A stretch of DNA of 62,795 nt, the filler included. It is 5 parts of 5 records of this genome, joined end to end, with 100 filler letters (N's around TTAATTAATTAA, not from the genome) between each part and the next. Parts side by side here need not be neighbours in the genome. Positions count along the whole stretch, not along the records: positions 9,548 to 31,336 come from SRR20825006_1049; positions 31,437 to 50,140 come from SRR20825006_1052; 3 more parts are not named here. One strand, given 5' to 3'. Below, piece by piece: positions 30,219 through 37,540 of this stretch. The position numbers and the translations under genes were made by a program. Within the stretch, counting starts at the first letter, position 1; every line of letters begins with the position of its first letter. The notes below the pieces were generated by a model. It worked only from the letters and a program-made list of their open reading frames with translations. It was not told where the DNA came from and did no database searches.

Positions 30219-31232
30219 ATGCAGCACTCAGATGATGACAAATTGCACCCGGTGGCCATCAGTCAGGTCATGCTTAACTTTGCCCTGCGCAACGGCATCG
30301 ACCAGCAGACCTGTCTGCTCGGCACGGGCATCTCGGAAACCGAATTGTCCAGTGGTGAGGGGTTGGTGACGCGGACCCAGGAAATGCGCCTGATCGAAAA
30401 CCTGATGCTGGCTCTGCCAGAAGCGGGAGTGGGTGGCTTTGAACTGGGCTTGCAATACAACCTGGCCACCTTCGGTGTGTGGGGCTTTGCCCTGCGTACC
30501 TGCAAGACCCTGCGCGATGCTGTCTCTCTGGGGCTGCGCTACCTGCCACTCAGCACCGCCTACTGCCGCATTACCGTTTGTGAGGACAGTGATGCGTTCG
30601 GTGTGATCTTCGACCCGGACCCCATCCCCCCACACCTGCGCCAGTTCCTTCTTGAGCGCGATATGGCGACTGCCCTCAACCTGGTGCGGGAAATCACCTT
30701 TCAGGGCGTGGAATTCAAGGGGGTGGAATTCACCGGTGAGCCGGATGTTGCTGCCTCGGCCATTGAAACCCTGTGCGGCATGGCTCCAGTCATCCATGCC
30801 AGTGCTAACCGTATTCTGGTCAATCGGGCGGGGGCCAGTCAGCCGTTCCCCGGTTACGATCCGGTGCTCACTCGCATGCTTGAACAGCAATGCCAGCAAC
30901 GCATGGACACAGTGGAAAACAGTGGCACTGCGGGCAAGGTGCGCCAGAGATTGCTTGGTGAATTGGGGCTGGGTGCCACCCTCACCGACATGGCCAGCGA
31001 GCTGGCCCTTTCCACCCGAAGCCTGCGTCGCAAGCTGGAACAGGAGGGCACCAGCTACCGTGATTTGGTCGAAGAAGAGCGACGTCAGCTGGCCTTGCAA
31101 CTTCTTGATAGCACCACCATGAAAATCGAGGAGCTGGCGGCTCACTTGGGGTATACCGATGCGGGTGGTTTCGTGCGTGCTTTTCGACGCTGGGAAGGGT
31201 GTTCCCCCAGTGCCTATCGCGGAAATGATTGA
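30219..31232 (+). CDS. AraC-family regulator (OruR-like)
   Basis: STRSLRRKL...LGYTDAGGFVRAFRRW. Confidence 0.92.
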   Translation: MQHSDDDKLHPVAISQVMLNFALRNGIDQQTCLLGTGISETELSSGEGLVTRTQEMRLIENLMLALPEAGVGGFELGLQYNLATFGVWGFALRTCKTLRDAVSLGLRYLPLSTAYCRITVCEDSDAFGVIFDPDPIPPHLRQFLLERDMATALNLVREITFQGVEFKGVEFTGEPDVAASAIETLCGMAPVIHASANRILVNRAGASQPFPGYDPVLTRMLEQQCQQRMDTVENSGTAGKVRQRLLGELGLGATLTDMASELALSTRSLRRKLEQEGTSYRDLVEEERRQLALQLLDSTTMKIEELAAHLGYTDAGGFVRAFRRWEGCSPSAYRGND

Positions 31233-31266
31233 TTGGGCACGGCGCTGATGATTTACGAAGAGCCAT

Positions 31267-31298
31267 AAAAAAGGCCTCCCGTTTGGGAGGCCTTTTTT
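31267..31298. terminator. Bidirectional intrinsic terminator
   Basis: AAAAAAGGCCTCCCGTTTGGGAGGCCTTTTTT. Confidence 0.9.
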
Positions 31299-31301
31299 AT
31301 C

Positions 31302-31336
31302 TGGTACGCCCGAGAGGATTCGAACCTCTGACCTTT
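31302..31336 (-). tRNA. 3' half of a tRNA, probably tRNA-Arg, cut by contig end
   Basis: Minus strand AAAGGTCAGAGGTTCGAATCCTCTCGGGCGTACCA: T-arm GTTCGAATC, acceptor strand and CCA; anticodon not visible. Confidence 0.8.
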
Positions 31337-31436
31337 NNNNNNNNNNNNNNNNNNNNNNNNNNNNNNNNNNNNNNNNNNNNTTAATTAATTAANNNNNNNN
31401 NNNNNNNNNNNNNNNNNNNNNNNNNNNNNNNNNNNN
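31337..31436. other. Artificial contig linker
   Basis: N run containing TTAATTAATTAA. Confidence 0.99.
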
Positions 31437-31486
31437 ACAAGTCCTATTTTTAAATACATCTTATTCCGCTTGGTAGTGATTATCAT
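31437..31486 (-). CDS. 5' end of a third cassette gene, truncated
   Basis: (MIITTKRNK)MYLKIGL.. begins just after the GTTATTA core and runs into the linker. Confidence 0.4.
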
Positions 31487-31488
31487 TG

Positions 31489-31619
31489 TAATAACGACCG
31501 AGGCTAGAAAGTCGTACGGACTCTTTACCAAGGTTTTATTTTAAAGATAGGAATAGTTTTCAAACCAAAATTGATTGTCCGAAGCATAAACCCGTATGCT
31601 TTTTAAGCCTTTGTTATGT
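31489..31619 (-). repeat. attC-like recombination site (131 bp)
   Basis: Minus strand ACATAAC-AA-AGGCTTAAAAAGCATACGG...CCGTACGACTTTCTAGCCT-CGGTC-GTTATTA; the upstream gene's TAA stop lies in the TAAC core. Confidence 0.75.
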
Positions 31620-31922
31620 GCTTCCTTCACGTTTATTTCCGCAAGCTGCACAAAATGATGCCTGCGGAGTGCGATATGGTTTACCACATTTTTCACAGGG
31701 AGGTCCATGATGATCTATACAGTGGTGCATTACTGCATTGGGGACAGTCTCTTTGAAACCAGTCACGGATTCGTAGTATTCGAGTAGTGGTTTGAACCGA
31801 TCTTTAAGTGGTATTCCAGTTTTCTTAAACGCATCTCCATATAATTTACTTGCAATGGCAAACTCGTCCTTGTCAAGCATAGGAATTTCCATTTTACATC
31901 TCCAGCACCAGAGTTTCTGCAT
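31614..31922 (-). CDS. Small Cys/His-rich putative zinc-binding protein (cassette cargo)
   Basis: CWRC, HH, CEKC and CAAC motifs. Confidence 0.75.
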   Translation of the reverse strand: MQKLWCWRCKMEIPMLDKDEFAIASKLYGDAFKKTGIPLKDRFKPLLEYYESVTGFKETVPNAVMHHCIDHHGPPCEKCGKPYRTPQASFCAACGNKREGST

Positions 31923-31924
31923 AA

Positions 31925-32257
31925 CTAAAATTTAGTAGATGGAATATAATATGATGCCGAGAATTGCAATTTTGGGTTCGAAGACTTGAATTGATTAAAT
32001 GCAGTAATGTACCATTCTGGATCAGTAGGCTTTTTATTATAATCCTCACAAGTTAACACGTTATAGAACTCACCATTTAACCATGGTTCAATCCCGTATA
32101 CACCGAGATTAAGCTCGGTTATACGGGTCAACACAATTTCAAACTCTTCAGCATTAAAATACTTAATTGAATCGGCATCAAATCCATCGTTAAGATTATT
32201 CAAATTGTAAAAGACTTTTTCATCCAAATATTTCAATTTTGCTTGCTGATTATCCAT
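31925..32257 (-). CDS. Hypothetical acidic protein (cassette cargo)
   Basis: 110-aa ORF with GVYGIEPW motif, 2 nt from the next start. Confidence 0.7.
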   Translation of the reverse strand: MDNQQAKLKYLDEKVFYNLNNLNDGFDADSIKYFNAEEFEIVLTRITELNLGVYGIEPWLNGEFYNVLTCEDYNKKPTDPEWYITAFNQFKSSNPKLQFSASYYIPSTKF

Positions 32258-32298
32258 AATGGTTTACAATCTATGGTTTTTGAGTAATGGTCAGTTGC

Positions 32299-32370
32299 AC
32301 ATAACGGACAAAGCTAAGAAACGTTGCCGTCCCCGCAGGGGCGGCTATGTTTTCTTAGCTAGTGTTATGA
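32299..32370 (-). repeat. attC-like recombination site (72 bp)
   Basis: Minus strand TCATAAC-ACT-AGCTAAGAAAACATAGCCGCCCC-TGCG-GGGACGGCAACGTTTCTTAGCT-TTGTCC-GTTATGT. Confidence 0.8.
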
Positions 32371-32406
32371 GCATGATTTATAATATTTCGTAATTTGATT
32401 GCTCTA

Positions 32407-34632
32407 CTAACTGTAATACTTCATGAAGTGAACTCGTTCTCTTTTAAAATCATATTCTTCAAATTCTTCATTGTGCAGTGAGAATACAAGAATTTTTTCT
32501 TCCATTTCATTGAGATATATAAATCCATTTTTGCCTACCGAAATATCTACAATATCTCGGCAATCATTGTCCTTTCGTTCTCTAGTTAGTGTTTTAGACG
32601 CAAAAGTTCTGTGGTTTTTAATTTTAATATGTTCAAATACACTATCTCTTCTATTTAAATCAAGATACGCGCAGTAAAGTTCTAAATCAGCTCCCTTTTC
32701 GATGTAATCTATTGCGATCGAAATTGATTCCTTTAGATGATGAATATTCAAAATCTCATATTCGACTTTTCCTAAACGAATAAGAAGGAAAGCTCCAGTA
32801 CCATTGGTAGATCCACGTAGTAAGATCAACTCTTCACCGTTGTGATCAATTCTTTGAAGTTTGATGTTCTGCAAATTAAAAAGAAATGAGGCTTCTTTAC
32901 TTAGTTCGAATGATTTCAGCCATTCATTAATTTCTTTGAAGTCCCAAATACTCGATCTAATTGATTCAATTGTTATTATTGGATTAATTTGAAAATCGTC
33001 AGAAATTTGATATACTAATTCTCCAGTACTATTGAGGTAATTATTTCCGATCCCAACAAACCCCAAATTAAAGGGAGTCAACTTGAGATAGAAATCTAAA
33101 TAATAATTCTTTAAATGACGGAATTCATTAAACACCATTATTTTTTCTTCAATCTGAACTATCGTTTGAATTGACCCATCGTCTTCAATTTTGCAAAAAA
33201 TGTCATCAATTCTCTCATTTTCTGGTGCATGATAAAAGAAATTGGCTGTTAAATCTTGCTCTGGATTCCAATAAAAACAATCTCGAGCGTTGATACCAAC
33301 TATAAGGGTTGAATTCAAAGTTCTAACAACCTCGACGCTAGATACTCTTAATTGTCTATCTAATGGTAACTTTGCATATATCTGATCTATTTTTTTTGGG
33401 TTTCGAAGGCTTAGGTCAGTGGAAGTTATGATTAGAACAAAATTTCTAGGTAAATTTCTAACAATAGAGGCCGTTGGTTTTTCAACGTAAAGTTCGTTTA
33501 CATCGTATTCTAAAAATCTCTTCACTGAACTAATTATTCGCGTAAGGTTTTCGAATAGATATCGATCTGAGCGATATGTTTCGACTAAATCCAATTTCAA
33601 ATCCATTGATAACTTAATCTCAGCAATAAAACTAGCAAGATGACCTGAGAAATAACCATGATGAATTGGACACCAATTCAATAGCTTTAAATCCTTTAAT
33701 ATATCCTTTGGAATTTTCTCTAAGCAGCTAAATGCGAATAATCCACTTTGAATAAAACGTATATGATCAAGGTTTTCCGGTGAAAATGAATCTTTAACCC
33801 AGTCGTCAACGATTTCATTTAACTCTGACAGATTAAAAATTGACTGGATAATTCTTTGAGTAGAAGAAAATTTATCTCTCTTATCAACGATAGTCGCATT
33901 GTATTGTTCAAGTGCTTGATTGAACGCGAACACCATTTCAGATTCAACCCAATAGTGTTCTTTATCATAGGCCTTTTGGATGATTGAATTCAGTTTATTA
34001 CTGTCTTGTCCTCCAATTAGTAGTTGTTTTATTTCAGCTAATTCATTTCTGAATTGGTCTATTATCAATGTATTAGGGTCTTCATGAGACTCACCACAAA
34101 ACAATTTGCACCAGACATCCCCGAAATAATTACGTACTATTGTGGGATGCTTTTTCAGAATTCTGTTAATCTGGACGCTATCCCATTTAACAAAGTCAAT
34201 GCCGATCTTTTTTAGATCAGACCTTAGCGAATTGAATTTATCCTGCAGACTTGTTGAATTTAACTTGAGACTTGTGCACAAATAAAATTTATCACTTTTT
34301 GAACACCAGTTACCTTTCTTGAAGTCATGTACAATTTCGTCAAGTTGACCAGGTGAAATGGCTTGATATCTCTTGCACTGAAAACACTCATATTTATCGG
34401 TATTTTTGAATGCGAAAATATCGATACCCTCTTGCTTACTGCCGGAAACACCATAAATTTCGCATTTCTCAATTGAATGCTCTTCCTCAACTAACCTTAA
34501 ACAAAGCCTTTCGAAATCAACCCAAGATAATTTATTGATTGGCAATTCGCTAATTCTCGTGTCCGCCGGCGGAGAAACTATGGATTCTGGACCGGTCAAT
34601 AAATATGAAATATCTATTTGTTTTTTATTCAT
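32407..34632 (-). CDS. Mrr-like PD-(D/E)xK restriction-endonuclease domain fused to a large uncharacterised region (cassette cargo)
   Basis: N-terminal WVDFERLC...GSKQEGIDIFA...FQCKRY; no Walker A seen. Confidence 0.75.
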   Translation of the reverse strand: MNKKQIDISYLLTGPESIVSPPADTRISELPINKLSWVDFERLCLRLVEEEHSIEKCEIYGVSGSKQEGIDIFAFKNTDKYECFQCKRYQAISPGQLDEIVHDFKKGNWCSKSDKFYLCTSLKLNSTSLQDKFNSLRSDLKKIGIDFVKWDSVQINRILKKHPTIVRNYFGDVWCKLFCGESHEDPNTLIIDQFRNELAEIKQLLIGGQDSNKLNSIIQKAYDKEHYWVESEMVFAFNQALEQYNATIVDKRDKFSSTQRIIQSIFNLSELNEIVDDWVKDSFSPENLDHIRFIQSGLFAFSCLEKIPKDILKDLKLLNWCPIHHGYFSGHLASFIAEIKLSMDLKLDLVETYRSDRYLFENLTRIISSVKRFLEYDVNELYVEKPTASIVRNLPRNFVLIITSTDLSLRNPKKIDQIYAKLPLDRQLRVSSVEVVRTLNSTLIVGINARDCFYWNPEQDLTANFFYHAPENERIDDIFCKIEDDGSIQTIVQIEEKIMVFNEFRHLKNYYLDFYLKLTPFNLGFVGIGNNYLNSTGELVYQISDDFQINPIITIESIRSSIWDFKEINEWLKSFELSKEASFLFNLQNIKLQRIDHNGEELILLRGSTNGTGAFLLIRLGKVEYEILNIHHLKESISIAIDYIEKGADLELYCAYLDLNRRDSVFEHIKIKNHRTFASKTLTRERKDNDCRDIVDISVGKNGFIYLNEMEEKILVFSLHNEEFEEYDFKRERVHFMKYYS

Positions 34633-34703
34633 GTATTCAACTTCCTATGCATTCTGCGTGCTCTCTGCATGTTTTCTAATGTTCCACCGAGCCAATTGCA
34701 TAT

Positions 34704-34750
34704 TGCTCATAACTACTGGCTAAACTCCATGGCGTTTAGCCAACTTATAA
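34704..34750 (-). repeat. Array-head site (attI-like or degenerate attC)
   Basis: Minus strand TTATAAGT-TGGCTAAAC-GCCATGGA-GTTTAGCCA-GTA-GTTATGAGCA; left core is AAG rather than AAC. Confidence 0.55.
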
Positions 34751-34940
34751 ATCCTCTCCGCCAAATCTCAGCCAAAACCTGACTGGCAAAGAACTAATCC
34801 GACAAACAAATGCTTACAAGTACTTGATTTCAGTTAGATTATCTCTCCTAAATTACTTTTTTTCGGCAGAGTAGGGCATTTTGATCTACTTTTTTTGAAT
34901 CTACCTTTCACACACCAAATCCCCTTCATTCCCTGAAAAC

Positions 34941-34970
34941 AAAAAAGCCACCTCGCAATGAGATGGCTTT
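34941..34970 (-). terminator. Intrinsic terminator of the M13 peptidase operon
   Basis: Minus strand AAAGCCATCTCATTGCGAGGTGGCTTTTTT. Confidence 0.85.
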
Positions 34971-34996
34971 CAATTCTATTTCTTGCAGAACGAGTT

Positions 34997-37072
34997 CTAC
35001 CAGATCTTACTGATTTCTTCTTCTGAATTTCTCATCGGATCCGCTTCTTTTACGTCGAACGCTTCGAAAAATTCTGGGCAGTTCATCAAAGGTCCATTCA
35101 CACGGTACATACCAGGTGAGTGCGGATCATTCGCAATGCGGTTTTTCAATTCTTCTTCTGTATAATTGATTTTCCACAATTGTGCGTAGGCTATAAAGAA
35201 ACGTTGCGCTGGAGTATATCCCAATTTTTTCACTCCTGCTTGGAACTCACTCGTGCGAGTGTAAGCATAGTAAGCCATTGTTAATCCACCGAGATCGGCG
35301 ATGTTTTCACCCATCGTTAAGTCTGGATTTACACAGTGACCGTCAATTGGACAAAATCCTGCGAACGTCATTCCTAATTTTCCAGTGCGCTCTTCAAACA
35401 ATTTACGATCGCTTTCTGTCCACCAGTTTCTAAATGATCCATCGGCAGCAAATTTCGATCCCATATCGTCAAAACCATGCGTAAATTCGTGTCCGATCAC
35501 CATTCCAATACGACCGTAATTCACAGCGTCTTCATACGAATCACTAAAGAAAGGAGCTTGCATAATTCCAGCTGGAAAAGCAATTTCATTCAATAATGGA
35601 TGATAATAAGCGTTCACCATGTGAGCTGGCATTCCCCATTCTTCTTTGTCAACAGGCTTGTTCAACTCCTTCATGTTCTTTTTGTGATCATAAGCGGCCA
35701 CATTTTTAAGATTCTGAACATATCTTTCATTCGAGAAATCCAATGAACTAAAATCTTCCCATTTACTAGGGAAACCGAGTTTTCTTCCGATAGAATTAAG
35801 TTTCACCGAAGCTTCTGTTTTTGTTTCACCAGACATCCAGTCCAAAGCATCAATTCGCTCTTGGAAAACAGCCAATAGATTGTCAACCATTTCGTTTACA
35901 CGTTGCTGTGCTTGACTAGAGTAGTGCTTTTCAACAAATGCTTTCCCGAGTAATTCACCAAATGATTTTCCAGTAATATTATCGATTGCACGCTCATTGA
36001 TAGGCTTCATTTCTTTCTTTCCACTCAATACTTTTCCGTAGAATTCGAAATTTTGGTCTACAAAAGACGAACTCAAACTTCCTGCGTAGTGATTCAATAC
36101 TTGCCATTTAAGGTAGTTTTTCCAATCGCTTAATGATACGTCGTTCATCATCACGGCAATTTTCTTCGCGAAATCTGGCTGAGCCACAATTACTGAGTCG
36201 AAAGCCATGCTTCCAATTCCTTTCAAATATCCATCGAAATTAAAACCTCCCAAATAAGATGCTAATTCATTACGGTGCATTTTATTGTACGTTTTCTCTG
36301 GGCTTCTTAATTCCGCAGGACGCATCATGCTTTCCGCAAGTTGTTTTTCAAAGTTGATAACAGAAGTCGCGAATTCATCCACCGTTGTACCTTCTTCCAT
36401 ATCAGTCATACCAATCATGATTGAGATATGTCTTTTGTATTCTCTCAGGATTTCTGCTTTGTCTTCGGAGAAATAATAATCTCTATTTGGCAAGCCAATT
36501 CCACCTTGACCGAAGTAAGAAATGTGATTATCAACATCCTTCAAATCTTGTCCAACTCCAAAACCGAAAAGAGAACCAATTCCATATACATGGTGATCAG
36601 AAACGATCATGAAAAGGTCTTTCTTTGAATTCGCTTTACGGATAATTTCTAATTCCTCAGCGATCGGAGAAAAACCAAATTTCTCACGGACTTCCATGTT
36701 TGTGTACGAAGAATAATACGAACCAAGAATTTGATTCATAGAACCTTTTTGTCCTTGGTTGGCTTTTGCGGCCTCTAAAATAGTCGTGAGTTTCGTTTTG
36801 TTGGATTGATCCAATTCGTTGAAACTTCCCCAACGTGATTCAGAAGCAGGCACTGGATTACTTTTCATCCAAGTTCCGTTTGCGAACTCAAAGAAGTCAT
36901 CTTGTGGACGAACAGCATTGTTCATGTAACCAAGATCTATCGACGCACCTTCGCGCGGTGGCTTAGGAGTTGCAGTTTCCACAGCTTCAGCAACTGTTTC
37001 TTGCGATCCTTTCTTAATTGAGTCGCATGCTACGAGACTAAGCGCCGCGAATGTTAATAAAGTATATTTCAT
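34997..37072 (-). CDS. M13-family zinc metallopeptidase (PepO/neprilysin-like) lipoprotein
   Basis: Lipobox LVAC; PQDDFF, VNAYY, HEFTHGFDD, GENIADLGG, DPHSP. Confidence 0.95.
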   Translation of the reverse strand: MKYTLLTFAALSLVACDSIKKGSQETVAEAVETATPKPPREGASIDLGYMNNAVRPQDDFFEFANGTWMKSNPVPASESRWGSFNELDQSNKTKLTTILEAAKANQGQKGSMNQILGSYYSSYTNMEVREKFGFSPIAEELEIIRKANSKKDLFMIVSDHHVYGIGSLFGFGVGQDLKDVDNHISYFGQGGIGLPNRDYYFSEDKAEILREYKRHISIMIGMTDMEEGTTVDEFATSVINFEKQLAESMMRPAELRSPEKTYNKMHRNELASYLGGFNFDGYLKGIGSMAFDSVIVAQPDFAKKIAVMMNDVSLSDWKNYLKWQVLNHYAGSLSSSFVDQNFEFYGKVLSGKKEMKPINERAIDNITGKSFGELLGKAFVEKHYSSQAQQRVNEMVDNLLAVFQERIDALDWMSGETKTEASVKLNSIGRKLGFPSKWEDFSSLDFSNERYVQNLKNVAAYDHKKNMKELNKPVDKEEWGMPAHMVNAYYHPLLNEIAFPAGIMQAPFFSDSYEDAVNYGRIGMVIGHEFTHGFDDMGSKFAADGSFRNWWTESDRKLFEERTGKLGMTFAGFCPIDGHCVNPDLTMGENIADLGGLTMAYYAYTRTSEFQAGVKKLGYTPAQRFFIAYAQLWKINYTEEELKNRIANDPHSPGMYRVNGPLMNCPEFFEAFDVKEADPMRNSEEEISKIW

Positions 37073-37074
37073 GT

Positions 37075-37536
37075 TTAGTTGTTTTTTGGTTCAAAGAGCA
37101 TTTCTACGTGTGGAATTCCATCTTCCAAGTACTCTTTTCCTGTCGTTAAAAATTTATGCTTGCCGTAATAGTTTTCCAAATGTTTCTGTGCCGAAATGCG
37201 AATTGGCTCGTTCCCGAATTCGAGGAGACAAAAATCCATTGCTTTTTCCATTAACTCATGTCCAACGCCGTGTCCACGAATCCCTTCGCTGGTAACAACT
37301 CTTCCAACTGCCACATTTGAATAGGCGATTCCTGGAGGAAGAATCCTTGCTGTTGCTACGATATCACCTTTACCATCTCTACAGATGATATGGTACGCTT
37401 TTTTGTCCTTTCCATCCAAATCTAAATACGGACAGTTTTGTTCTACGACAAATGCGTTTAATCTCAACGCTATAATGTCATGAAATTCATTCAGCGTTAA
37501 ATCGCGATAGTGTTTTATTTGCCAATCTAAAATCAT
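37075..37536 (-). CDS. elaA: ElaA-like GNAT acetyltransferase
   Basis: LRxxxFVVEQNCPYLDLDG, IRISAQ, YLEDGIPH; likely start 37536. Confidence 0.85.
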   Translation of the reverse strand: MILDWQIKHYRDLTLNEFHDIIALRLNAFVVEQNCPYLDLDGKDKKAYHIICRDGKGDIVATARILPPGIAYSNVAVGRVVTSEGIRGHGVGHELMEKAMDFCLLEFGNEPIRISAQKHLENYYGKHKFLTTGKEYLEDGIPHVEMLFEPKNN

Positions 37537-37540
37537 ATTC

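Larger units (their letters stand above)
31437..34750 (-). mobile_element. Integron-like gene cassette array: two complete cassettes and one partial; no integrase in the window
   Basis: Co-oriented ORFs separated by AAC...GTT hairpins; cassette-specific terminal complementarity. Confidence 0.75.

Noticed and set aside
31302-31500. tRNA fragment next to the AT-rich cassette array, suggesting a tRNA-integrated island
   Set aside because: They lie on different contigs from different organisms, separated by a linker.
31489-34750. Reading the palindromic sites as CRISPR repeats or terminators
   Set aside because: They are not identical, are spaced by whole genes and have no cas genes nearby. They lack U-tracts after the stem and instead end in AAC/GTT cores.
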